Shown here piece by piece: positions 37,280 to 48,942 of a stretch of DNA of 64,000 bases. Position 1 is the stretch's first letter. Each line of letters begins with the position of its first letter. Source of the stretch: Octopus vulgaris. Taxonomy: Eukaryota. The stretch covers positions 144,646,001 to 144,710,000 of the forward strand of contig OX597818.1 in NCBI GenBank assembly GCA_951406725.2. Direction: 5' to 3'. Position numbers and translations under genes: made by a program. The notes beneath the pieces were generated by a model that was not told the DNA's origin, did no database searches, and saw only the letters and a list, made by a program, of their open reading frames with translations.

Positions 37280-39130
37280 ATAAGGCAACTGCTGCAGTGT
37301 TATCTACACTAGAGATATGGCAGATGTCGGTAAATTGGAAAATGAAACCCAAGTGCCTGGTTTCCCGCGGAGAGTGCTTGTCAGGCTTCGAGAGAAGGGA
37401 AAAGGTGAACGGACGATGGTCCGTAAAAATCGTGAATTGGCGTCCCTCGAGTGTGTGTCGGAAATGTTTGACTGCTAAATATATAGCTAATAGCTCCCGT
37501 CCGAAAGTGCTGTAGCGAGTTTCGGTTGGTTTAAGCTGCCGAGAGAAAAAAAAAAGAGGCTGGATTTGTTGCTGGTGAAATTGTTGTAACACGGCGCCCA
37601 TGGCAGTGTTGGATGCATCCACTACAAGAGATGGCTGAGCGCTCGCGACAAGGTGGGGAAGATGCGATGCCTGAGCGAGTTGCTACTTTGCTGTGTTGAA
37701 GGAGTCGAGTTTGGTGGTGTTCAACGCTATCGACTCGTTCCTCTTTTTCCTATTCCGAAGGAGCGTGTTTAGTGGATATAGGATTTCAGCTGAATGAGGA
37801 ACAAAGCGCCGATAGAAGATAAATAGTCTCAAGAAATGTCGGAGCTGACGTAATGAGGTGGGTGGAAGTAACTCCTGCAAAGCCTTCACCTTGTCAGGCA
37901 GTGGCGAAAAGCTTTTGGGGCTGATGACGTGACCTAGGAAGGTCAAAGACGATGCGCCGCAAACACATTTGGTAGGGTTGATCCGCACTTGGTAAGTCTT
38001 GAACCGCTCGAACAGCTGATGTACACGATGGAGATGTTCCTTGGGTAAGGTGCTAGCAAGCAAGATGTCGCCGATGTACGCATAGACGAAGCCTAAATCT
38101 GGTGCAACTTTGTCTCTCTGAACCTCTGAAATGTGCTGACTGAATTCCGTAAACCAAATGGCATAGTTAGGAATTCGAAGGCGCCAAACGGTGTGGTTAC
38201 AGCAGTCTTTGGAATATCCTCTAGATTCACAGGAATCTGATGGTATGCCTTAACCAAGCCCAGTTTGGTGTATACTCTGCAGTTGTAGGAATATTACGCA
38301 AAATCCTGATGGGGTGGAGGGGTATTGTGTACTTGTCTGGCACCGCGATGGAGTTTAATCTCCTGTAGTCACCAGTGGGCCACCAGTCCTCGGAACGCTT
38401 TGGAACCATGTGCAAGGGCGACGCCCAGGGGCCATTAGAGGGGAATATGAAGCCTAACTGGAGCATGTATTTAAAATCCACGTTGACCTTCTCCGAGAAA
38501 AAACCAGAGTACCTTTAGTTTAGATGAAACGGGTGGTGGTGTGAGTTGGAACAGCAATAAAAAAATTAGGTTAGTCAGCTGCGGATGTAAGTTTAAGAGA
38601 GCATGGTATGGGTCGTCTGTGGCATCAATGAAAAAGACTGGACTAACCGCAGGGGTTAGTGGCCTTTTACCTGGGACAGATAGTTCTGTGGTCACGTCCC
38701 ACAAGCCGAGTGCGCATGTCCACAAACAGGTGGAAGTGGTGCAAAATGTTTGCACTTAATATTGGATGAGGGAGATCTGCGACTGTAAAAATCCACTTGA
38801 AGTCACGTCGCAGATCTAAATCCAACAAACGAGATATCTGGCCGAAAGTTGGAATCGGTGAATGATTCACCGCCTGTAGAGTCACTGGTGATAACAGCGG
38901 TTCATCCACGAGGAGTTTTAACGGCCAGATACATGCACCGGTATCTACGAGGCAGCGGGCATGGGATATCCGGTCTGTTATGAAAAATGCACGGTTGGCC
39001 GCTGGCTGCTGCAGAGAATGTGCCGTGCTCAATTCTCTGGTTGGTCGTTTTCCTGTCGAGAAATAGTACAGAGTTGGGGACATTTACGTGCTGAAGCTCC
39101 GAACTTGGCATAGTACCAGCGTATGTATGA
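37280..39130 (-). mobile_element. Ty3/Gypsy LTR retrotransposon remnant (gag end, protease, RT, RNase H), pseudogenised
   Basis: Protease CLVDTGA; RT SNGPWASPLHMVPKR..GDYRRLN, TTPFGAFEFLTMPFGLRN, catalytic YIDD mutated to YIGD; RNase H DASNTAMGAVLQQ..FFSRQL..TRYSTFGRELLAIYLAVKHFRH..FTDHRP; multiple frameshifts. Confidence 0.92.
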
Positions 39131-39655
39131 TTGAGCAGAGGACGTTCTGAGTTCAAATTCCGCCGAGGTCGACTTTGCCTTTCATCCTTTCGAGGTCGAT
39201 TAAATAAGTACTAGTTACGTACTGGGGGGGGGGGGTCGATGTAATCGATTTAATCCCTTTGTTTGTCCCTTCTAGGTTTAGCCCCCTGTAGGCAATAAAG
39301 AAATAAATATTAGCAGATTAACCAGATCTCACGCTAATACAGTTGCCACGCCCAGAGATAATAACCAGTCCGGGATCAGCGTCACAGAGAACGTCACCGA
39401 AGTACCCGGTACCACCGCCACAGATAATGAACAAACCATAGACACAGATAGAGTGACCAGGTCCGCAACGTATGTTACCACCAGTACAATCGCCGAACCT
39501 AGAAATGATGACCAATGCGGGACCAACGACTTGGAGGAGGTATCCACCGTTCTCAGTACTATCACCACAGATGATGACCAAATAATTGTCTTCGACACCG
39601 ATGGGTTGACCGGTCCCGCACCATTTGTTACCAGGGGTGCGAAAGGGCCACATCT

Positions 39656-40290
39656 GGATCTTTTCCTTTTGAACGGCACTTTGTAACATAATTTCTAGGT
39701 AACTAAAAAGTTTTAAACTTCGTATTCTGGTAGAATGTGTTTATGAAACATCATTTTCTCTTGGTTTTATTAAGAAAATTCTATAGTTTGTAAGATATTT
39801 CGTCTGAAATTTCGAGCATTTCGTCAATTTTAACCAATCGATTACCTCCATTGAGCTAAAATCATTTGCTGCGTCTAAAACTGAGACAACATCCTGTCAC
39901 TAACCCTAAAGCTCCCCCTAACCCTAACCCTAAATTTTTTTCTTCTTAATTAATTTAATTGTTACGCGTGTAAAAAGAACGAAAGCAATGGAAAATAATT
40001 TAAACAATTAACAAACAAAATAATTCTATAATTTTATACACACGCTTTCCGTACGTAAACGTGTGTATAAAATTATAGAATTATTAGACGCAGCAAATGA
40101 TTTTAGCTCAATTAGAGGCGATTCATTGGTTAAAATTCGAAAAATTAAACTACGTTAAACAAACGAATTACAATTTTATCAAGAAAGCCAATAGAAAAAA
40201 ATGTTTTATTTTGACACATTCTACCAGTATACGAAGTTTCAAAGTGTTTATTTAACTAGAGATTGTGTGCCGTTCAAAAGGAAAAGATCC
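39656..40290. mobile_element. Non-autonomous DNA transposon with long TIRs (GG termini, 8-bp TSD; Merlin- or MULE-like)
   Basis: TIRs GGATCTTTTCCTTTTGAACGGCAC/GTGCCGTTCAAAAGGAAAAGATCC extending imperfectly for about 200 bp; TSD CCACATCT (39648-39655, 40291-40298). Confidence 0.9.
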
Positions 40291-40722
40291 CCACATCTCA
40301 TATTTGTAAATATATTGGATCTGCGAATACTTCTTTCAAGTGACATTTTCCTAACCACCAGTCATCCACCAGAGTCCTAGAAAGTCGGTTTGTCACGTCC
40401 CTGGCCCGCCATGTGTAGCACCTCAAAGACCAAGGGACCCCATGTGATATCAAAGGGAAATTAATTCATCATACGGGCCCATATATTAATAGAAGTGGCC
40501 GTTGCAAGATCTGCATCGCAGAGAAAGCCAATATTCTTAAGGACTATACGAAACCTGGCACATTAAATAGTCGTAAAGAAGTTGTTTGTTTTAATGTTTC
40601 CACTTCAAGAGCTATTTACTGGAAAGTTGGATCTTCCTGTTTGCTGGTTAAACCTCTTTGGGTCTTAAGTTGTATTTTCTCCCGCTGCTTCAGGGAAGAT
40701 AACCCGTTTTCATTAACGAAGT

Positions 40723-40773
40723 TTTGTCAGTGAACAGGTCGCGGTCTGAAAGCGACGAAAATATTTTGACAAA
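40723..40773 (+). ncRNA. Minimal type I hammerhead-like ribozyme with G3:C8 core variant
   Basis: Stem I TTTGTCA/TGACAAA; core GTGAACA plus an extra G; stem II GTCGC/GCGAC; GAAA; palindromic minimal stem III AAAATATTTT. Confidence 0.65.
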
Positions 40774-41949
40774 TTAAATTTAAATGTTGAAGTGAATCTA
40801 ACGGTTTTTTTGTGTTTCTTAAATGGCTTATAAATACCTTTCACGCTGCAATTGTTTCTCCACCCACCCACCCATCCATCCATCCATCCATCCATCCATC
40901 CATCCACCCACCCATACCCATCCACCCACCCATCCATGCATCCATCCACCCACCCATCTATGATAGCAGTCGAATAATACTCTTGACGTAGCTTTTTTTT
41001 TTATCGCAGTCGGCGTCTTCCAAGCAGTCCCTCCAATTCAGTTTTAATCGAAATCAAATTTACTCGTTTGAATTATGTTTGACTACTGATAAGCTACATT
41101 TAGACATAAAATACTAAAATCTGGTACAGTAGAACAAAAGTTAAGCGAAAAAATGTATAGACCAAACTGATTGACTGACGGGTAGTAACACCCGACATCG
41201 GCGCTTTGAATCCACGCCATTCTTTTAATTTTGATTAAAAATTATTATAGTGATATTAATATGAAAGAGAAATGTTAAAGGAATATATTGGTGAGGTTTC
41301 GTAAAATGTTATCGATTAAAAAAAAAGATATTTAATTTTAATTCTCAATTCTTTTTTCAATTTTTGCGTGATATTAAAGGGACACTACTCATATTGAAAC
41401 AACTATTTCTTAGGCGCACAACAAAAGCTGAAAGACAAAACAAATCGAAAGAAAGAGTTCTAATATTTATTTTCATTAATCTAAATTATTTTTTGAAAGA
41501 AATGAAAATTTTTTTCGTTTTTTTTTTTTGTATAATGGCCTTTTAAAGTCCATTTTTGAATAAATCATTTTAATAACAAGATTATTTAATAAAATATTTT
41601 AATATTGTTTTTTTTTTTATTTTTGTCTCTGAGTAGTACAGAATCATGTAGTCGGGCTGTTCTGAAAAGACAAATGACAAAGATTCAAATATTTTAACTG
41701 TCAATTTTCACTAAATTAAAATTTCCAAACATGGAGTTAATTATTTGCATGCTAAAAATGACTTTATTTATTAATTTTATAGTGAATAAATATGATTAAA
41801 ATTTTTATTGCCTTCACCGTTTTACAAAATCAAACTAGAAAACTGGATAAAACAGAGAACACAATTGAAAAAATTAAAAAGAAGAAAGAGAAAAAAGGAT
41901 AAAAACAAAACAAAAACAATTCATCACTTTGGGTCGAAAAGTTGGGGCC

Positions 41950-44900
41950 GCTGGAAAACCTTTCTAATGGCCATTGAGACACGCCGCACGCTTGCAGCGT
42001 TGTCGCGGGTGATGCCGAGGCTGATGTGCTGGAACAGCTAAGCACCTCACGAGCCTCGCCAGCTACTACTGCAAGGTGAGTTACTAGTGAAGACAGGAAT
42101 CTCGCAGTAGGTGGCCCGACCCCACAAAACGTCTCGAACGCAACAGGATGGAAAATGTAGTTGACCGACAGATCGCGGTATTTCAGGATTTTGTTTCGCT
42201 TGGCCGCAGAAGTTGTGGATCTCGCCCTGACCACAGCATCCAGGATGTGAGAAGAAGCAAAGGAGTTGCTAACCGTGACATCCCAGACAAGGCATCTGCC
42301 TTGCGACCAGGGCACAGGGTGAGGCCATCAGGTCTCTTCCCATAACATCTGGACAATCCAGATGGTTCCAAGATGGAGGGGTTGTTTGCCAGGGCCAAGC
42401 TCCTCTTGAGTGTCAGGTTCAACTTCGTATGACGCGTGAAACGACCAGCATTCAGGCGGCAAGAAAGGCTATGAAGGTCTGTGGAGTCGAGGAGCCTGCT
42501 ACAATAACAGATCAAACCCATGCATACGTCAGTTCCCACTCTGAGGGCAATGGAGACACGAAGTTTGTCCAAGCTGAGTAGGCTACTAACATTAGCCACA
42601 GGGATGGCATCAATTTAGTCACCTGAGTATTTGGCGCTAGCAGACAGTAAGCTTGAAAACTGGTCCAACTGGATAAAGAAGGAGTCGAAGGTGACCTTCG
42701 AAATTACGTTGTCCCAAGCTCTCTGACTCTAACAGTCCTCCACCTTCTCAGGAATTTGACTCAATTTGTGAACCAGTTCTCTTCAGCGAACGTCCTCCCT
42801 TATATCCATAACATCTGGACAATCCAGATGGTTCCAAGATGGAGGGGTTGTTTGCCAGGGCCAAGCTCCTCTTGAGTGTCAGGTTCAACTTCGTATGACG
42901 CGTGAAACGACCAGCATTCAGGCGGCAAGAAAGGCTATGGAGGGTCTGTGGAGTCGAGGAGCCTGCCACAATAACAGATCAAACCCGTGCATACGTCAGT
43001 TCCCGCTCTGAGGGTAATGGAGACACGAAGTTCGTCCAAGCTGAGTAGGCCACTAACATTAGCCACAGGGATGGCATCAATTTAGTCACCTGAGTATTTG
43101 GCGCTAGCAGACAGTAAGCTTGAAAACTGGTCCAACTGGATAAAGAAGGAGTCGAAGGTGACCTTCGAGGTGTTCGTCCCTCTCTCTCTGACTCTAACAG
43201 TCCTCCACCTTCTCAGGAGCAGACAAGCCCAATTCCGTCCAGTGTTGGAGGGCTTCATCTAACTCCCTGTTGGAACAGGTTTATGTTGGAGATGAGAGGA
43301 TGTTTCTCACTAGGGTGGAGCAGGCGTGGGTGGAGGACAGGAAGTAGGGGAGAGAGAGGGACGAACACTTACGAAGACCAAGACCTCCAAATCCCTTGAG
43401 CAATGTAGCCTGATCGCGGGACGTTGGAGAGAGTCTGACAGTGACTAAGCATTCGAATCTCTCAAAGATTAGGTTGTAGAAGTGTTGGAGGCACGATGGG
43501 AATCGGTAAGATGAGCTGACTGAGTAAATATAGAAGCTTAAGGATCAAGAGGTAATTCCTAAGTATGAAATAACCTTGATCAGGTTCGATAGCTTCAATA
43601 TTTTTCAGCAATTGCTCAATGGCAGCCACCTTCGGCTGGAAGATGGACTCAAAGGCAAGGTCAGTGATTGGGGAACCTAGGGAGCACCAAGCCGACGTGG
43701 GAGGAACTGCGATGGAAGGGTAGGACTCTGCAAAAAGGTCAATAGTTGGTTGATGTTGAGAAGCCGGGTAGTTGAGGATCCAGAGCTCACATTTGGAGCT
43801 GTTTACTTGGAGACCCAGGCGACCAAGCTCCCCGACCATCATGTTAGCAATTGCGAGAACCCTGACAAGGAGGGCAAATTGACATAGTCTATGGTAGCGT
43901 GGGTGGCAGCTTCAAATCCCAATATGGTGCCCATTCCTAGCTGGGTTGGGGAAAATTCCTCCTCCAGTAAGTTAGAGACCGATTGTAAACACACCTTTAC
44001 AGTGAGACGGCGAAGGGTGCAGCCGACCATAATGGGGCGCAGATCTCCATTGGGTTTGGTGAGCCCAAATAATTTTGCACCGAAGAATAGTGGGCGGATA
44101 TAAGGGAGGACGTTCGCTGAAGAGAACTGGTTCACAAACTGAGTCAAATTCTCAAAGATCTCAAGTCCGGCGTCACCGGCCGATACAGAGATACCGTCCT
44201 TGAGGTGTTGAGGCTGAGGGCCATCAATTCCCGCACTTGACTCAGCAGGAAAGAATTTAATAGCCTTTCTGATGTTGTCAGAGATGAAAACCGGTCTCAA
44301 GTATTCTGGGGGATCGGGCCTGTTTAGTTGATTATCAGGTGTCGGTAGGTGCTTCTCTTTCAGACGTCTAAGAAACTCAAAGTTACACGGAGCGGAGGAG
44401 GATAGAGAAAAGACCACTTTTATGTCGAATTCGCTGAATTTAGCATTGACTGCGCGCTTAAGGTTTATCGGTTGCCTGTCGGTAGGCACCGTGCTCAATG
44501 TCAAATTGAGGTGAAAAGTGGTCGTGGTGGACTCAAGTAGCTGGAACTATCGCTTGAGTGAGGATGTAAGGGAGTTCGATTTCACATCGTGTACGTGGAG
44601 AGAGATGCGGTGGGGAGAAACAGTTTCTGCCAGTAGGACGCTTTGCTGGACAAACATACGTTTTTCAACAAGCTGGAGAGCGCGTGGGCAAAGCTATTCC
44701 GAGCTCCCTTAGGGATCCGGTTAACAAGCTTCGATTTAGATAAAACATGGAGGGCTGCAGCAAAGTCCTCAGTAGAGAGCTGGTTGTCGGAGTGCGTCGG
44801 AGCTGAAGTGGCACTCACTGTAGGTTCAATACGGAGGACTTTCGGCTTGAGCCTTGGTGATGCGGACTCAACTCCTGTGGTAATTTTGATGGCACAGGTG

Positions 44901-45320
44901 ACAATTAATTAAAGTAACGGCTTTAAAGTAACAGTCAGGTGGCGAGCTACCATCGACTGACAGTAGATGGCTAGTATTGGTACTCAATCAAGGGAGTGCA
45001 ACACTGATTCCGAAGGTGGGATTAGAACAGAGGTCGGGTAGTGCAGGGGTGGTGGTGGTTAAAAGTTATAGGAGTGGTGGGGTTGGCAGGGTTAATTCCG
45101 TTTCTATCGGTGGGGCTGGAACGAAGGTCGGGTAGTGGTGTGGGAAGGGTTGAAAGTTGTAGGAGTGGTTGGGTTAATTCCGTTCGGAACCCGTGGTGGA
45201 GAGAGGTACCGAAGTTGGTGGAGAATGAGAGGTCAGAGGTTGATCCATTATAACATAGTCACCCCCCCCCAGGCAGGTCTCTTGGTCGTTCGACGCATGC
45301 GTCCGTCTCCAAGAATGGAT
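41950..45320 (-). mobile_element. CRE-like non-LTR retrotransposon (RT + zinc finger + restriction-like endonuclease), defective
   Basis: RIPKGARN, SSAGIDGPQPQHLKD, FFGAKLFGLTKPNGDLRPIMVGCTLRRL, QLGMG, LGLQVNSSKCEL, CxC..H..SC..RH, KRPDGLTL, WDVTV, KYRDL, PVAFETF. The central RT catalytic block is missing and there is an internal duplication; outer boundaries are approximate. Confidence 0.88.
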
Positions 45321-45694
45321 AGGTTTAAAATATTGCTGCTAAAATTAAAAAAGTACTTCTTAGGAACTTTTTTCATATTTTTTTTAAATTCAATTAATTT
45401 CACTTTTCCTTTTTTTTTAATTTTATTTTTTGTACTCAATGAATTAATAAAAAAATTTTAATTTTAGCAGCAATATTTTAAGCTCTACATACATACATAC
45501 ATACATACATACATACATACATACATACATACATACACACACGCACGCACGCACACACACGCGCGCGCATATATAATTGAAATTCGGTTGAATTAGGTAC
45601 TTAAGTTGAAGCACCAAGTCAGAGTCCGGTATTATCCACACAGCTCAAAGTAAGGTGAATAAAGTCAAAATAAGCCACAGGATATCAAGTAATG

Positions 45695-45777
45695 ATGCAG
45701 TACGGCCGTTTCAAGCGACTCCATTTCATTGAACAATTTAAATTTCAATTTAAATGCAATGTCATCTTCAGCTGCAC
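45695..45777 (-). ncRNA. Type I hammerhead ribozyme
   Basis: Minus strand: TGCAG-CTGAAGA-TGAC...GTCG(CTT)-GAAA-CGGCCG-TA-CTGCA, i.e. 5-6 bp stem I, palindromic stem III and GUA cleavage triplet. Confidence 0.75.
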
Positions 45778-46547
45778 AAATGAATAAATGGAATTCTAAC
45801 CAGTTGGTCAGATTAATATAATTTTTCTCAAATACTTTAAGAAGATGGAAAAAATTCATGTTTTCGCTATTGTAGCTAAGAATAGACTACACTTCCAAGA
45901 ATCGCATGAAGCCCATTGGAGTCATAGTGTTGTAAAGGGTTGTAATTAATTTCTAATTAATCTATCTCTTTGTCAACTACTAAATCAAAGACTAGATGAC
46001 TGTGTCTGTTTTGAATAAAAGACAAGAGTGAGTTGACAGCTCATGGCTAGGTGTGGTCATAAATATTGTCATATATATCCCTTTCCCTCAGGGAGGAAAG
46101 AAGACATTAGGGGTAGCCAATTGGATATAAAGTAACTGTCTATAAAAAGAGGTTGGGTAGGGAAAGACTTTAAATCACGATGTTAATTACCAGTTAAAGA
46201 GGCAAACGCTAAGAAACCTAAGATGTTAATACAGAGGAAAGTTTATTTTGGGGCACTATGGATGATTGTTTATAAACAAAATCGTTATTCTGTATAAAAA
46301 ATCTAAGATTTTCAAAAATGTTATCATAACCAAAATAGGTGAAATGTGTGAATACATCAATTATAAACATAAAAAAGTAAAGATTACACAGAATCAGTTC
46401 AATATTCAATACTCAAATCGTACACTATGTTTGAACATGTAAAGTACATTGGCCAATGTAATACAGGATATAAAAGAAAGAGATAGACATATTATAGCTA
46501 GAGCACCTTTAATCAAAATTATCTATTTGCGAAAAAAAAATTATCTG

Positions 46548-46618
46548 TGCATCGGCCGGGAATCGAACCCGGGCCGCCCGCGTGGCAGGCGAGCATTCTA
46601 CCACTGAACCACCGATGC
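46548..46618 (-). tRNA. tRNA-Gly (anticodon GCC)
   Basis: Minus strand GCATCGGTGGTTCAGTGGTAGAATGCTCGCCTGCCACGCGGGCGGCCCGGGTTCGATTCCCGGCCGATGCA: 71-nt cloverleaf with intact A/B boxes and a T9 terminator at 46532-46540. Confidence 0.98.
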
Positions 46619-46799
46619 TCACAGAATAAAATTGCTTATTTAAGTGATACATTATTTATAAATGGATTCTTAGTTTAGAACTAAACATTTGAATAAACCA
46701 ACCAACAAACAAACAAACGAATGAATGAATGAATAAATAAATAAATAAATAAATATTTGATAAACATATTTAGAACCCAAAAGAAAGTAATGATTTCAT

Positions 46800-46872
46800 T
46801 GCATCAAAGAGCAACAAGGCCTGGCCCGCACGACGCATGGCAGCGGGTATTCCACCACTGAACTATTCATGC
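46800..46872 (-). pseudogene. Degenerate tRNA-Gly(GCC) copy
   Basis: cgcatggcagcgggtattccaccactgaactattcatgc aligns to cgcgtggcaggcgagcattctaccactgaaccaccgatgc of the intact gene about 250 bp away; the T arm/B box is destroyed. Confidence 0.7.
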
Positions 46873-47856
46873 ATATGTCTTCCTATAATCGCTTCTACTT
46901 TAGGTACAAAGCCTTAAATTTTAAGAGTCGGGTACGAGTCGACAAAATCGACCCCCATTACTTGACAAATATTCTATTTTATCATCTCCAGAGGAATGCT
47001 AGACACAATTTCCCCTATGTTAAGATTCTGCTTACTAATGAATTTGTTAATGCTTACTAATGAATTTTCGCTAAATACTTTTGTAGTCATTTGCTTTTCG
47101 AAGGATGAAAATTTTTTTTTACTGCAGCGATTGGATGTCGGCTGTGAACGTTGTTGCTTCAGCCGTAAAATATTTACTGTAGATTACTTTTAGATTACTT
47201 TATGATGCTTGGCTTGTTCTTCACAGCTTTACAGTCATCTCTTAACTCTCCTTAAGTATTTAATGATGACGAGAAAGGGAGTAAGTTTTTCTTTTTTTTC
47301 GTATAGTAGTGTTTACCTTGGTGTTGTACAATGTTTACTTATAAGGAGCGGCTGTGACTGTGTGGTAAAAAAGTTTACTTCCCGAGCACATGATTCCGAC
47401 CGGATTCAGTCCCACCGTCTTTTTCTATAGCCGCCGGCCGACTAAAGCCTTGTGGGTGAATTTGGTAGACGGAAACCGAAGGAAGCCCGTGTATGTGTGT
47501 GTGTGTGTGTTTGCCCCACACCTCACCGCTTTACAACCGGTTTTGGTATGTTTACGTCCCTGTAAATTAGCGGTTCAGATCGATAGAATATAAACCAGAC
47601 TTTAAAAAAATAAATAAGTACTGGGGTTGTTTCAGTGGACAAAAAAAAAAAATTCAGGTTGGTGCCCCAGCATGGTCGCCGTCTAATGACTGAAACAAGT
47701 AAAAGAGATAACATGAAAAAAAATACTCCTGTGTGATTTCTGTTTCCCACTTATGACTACCGGTCGCCAGCGGTTTGTTGTCGCATTCAACAGTCCAGTT
47801 TGATATAATTTAGTCTCAGGACAAAGGGCTTAAACACTTGCCGAAGCTGTTAGGGG

Positions 47857-48127
47857 CACTAGCGTAGCTAGAGTGTGTACCGCCCCGGACCCCACAAGAA
47901 ACACATATTGTCTATAGCAGACCCCAAAGTGCCGCCCGGGGCGGAGCGCCCTTACCGCTAGTGGTTGGGGTCACTAACGTAGCTGGAAAGGCGGTCCGCT
48001 CCGGGCGGGACTTTTAAAGGGGCGGTACTTTTCACCCTGTTGTATCCTATTGCTGTAGGTAATGTGTTTTTTGCTGGGTTCGGGGGCGGCAAATGGAAGG
48101 GCGGCACACATCCTAGCTACACTAGTG
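47857..48127. mobile_element. Tandem pair of GC-rich hAT-like MITEs (47857-47963, 47972-48127)
   Basis: Termini CACTAGCGTAGCTAG/CTAGCTACACTAGTG; three related 8-mers GTTAGGGG, GTTGGGGT and GTTGGAGG at the left, middle and right. Confidence 0.6.
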
Positions 48128-48502
48128 GTTGGAGGTTACATAATTGGAGATGTTAGGTGGGTGATTACATTTTGTGCGATTATTTGAAATGGTGTTTACC
48201 TATTTTTAAAGGCTCACATAACCTGACATCAAGTTAACCATAAGAGCCAGAATGTTTACATTTGTCCGTAGCTTCGATTGCCATTGTATGCACGTGCGCG
48301 CGTATGCATCTGTATGAGTATTTGTGTGGGGTTACATGTATGTATGTATGTATGTATGTATGTATGTATGTATGTATGTATGTATGTATGTATGTATGTA
48401 TGTATGTATGTATGTATGTATGTATGTATGTATGTATGTGTGTGTGTGTGTGTGTGCGCACGTCCATCTGTACGTGTGTGTGTATGTGTATGTGTGTATG
48501 TA

Positions 48503-48662
48503 GGCGTAGGAGTGGCTGTGTGGTAAGTAGCTTGCTTACGAACCACATTGTTCCGGGTTCAGTCCCACTGCGTTGCACCTTGAGCAAGTGTCTTCTATTC
48601 TAGCCTCGGACCGACAAAACCCTGTGAGTGGATTTGGTAGACGGAAACTGAAAGAAGCCCGT

Positions 48663-48725
<63 letters not shown>

Positions 48726-48942
48726 GTATGTGTTTGCGTGTCTGTGTTTGTCCTCCCCAACATCGTTTGACAACCGATGCTGGTGTGTTTACGTCCCCGT
48801 AACCTAGCAGTTCGGCAAAAGAGACCGATAGAATAAGTACTAGGCTTACAAAGAATAAGTCCTGCGGTCGATTTGCTCGACTAAAGGCGGTGCTCCAGCA
48901 TGACCACAGTCAAATGACTGAAACAAGTAAAAGAGTAAAAGA
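48503..48942 (+). mobile_element. tRNA-derived SINE with CORE-like ACCTTG(A/G)GCAAG box and central (TA)n; relatives at 47345-47710, 49630-49850, 61315-61720, 17485, 29381
   Basis: Head ggcgtaggagtggctgtgtggtaag...gggttcagtccc; body gtgagtggatttggtagacggaaactgaaagaagcccgtc; tail gactgaaacaagtaaaagagtaaaag. Confidence 0.85.

Noticed and set aside
36134-39130. Idea that the Gypsy or R4-like remnants specifically targeted the 7SL gene
   Set aside because: They are about 250-1150 bp from the start, lack intact ends, and local transposon density makes proximity expected.
39318-39689. Overlapping Thr/Val-rich ORFs on both strands
   Set aside because: No recognisable protein; interrupted by a MITE and adjacent to Gypsy debris, so most likely non-coding retroelement sequence.
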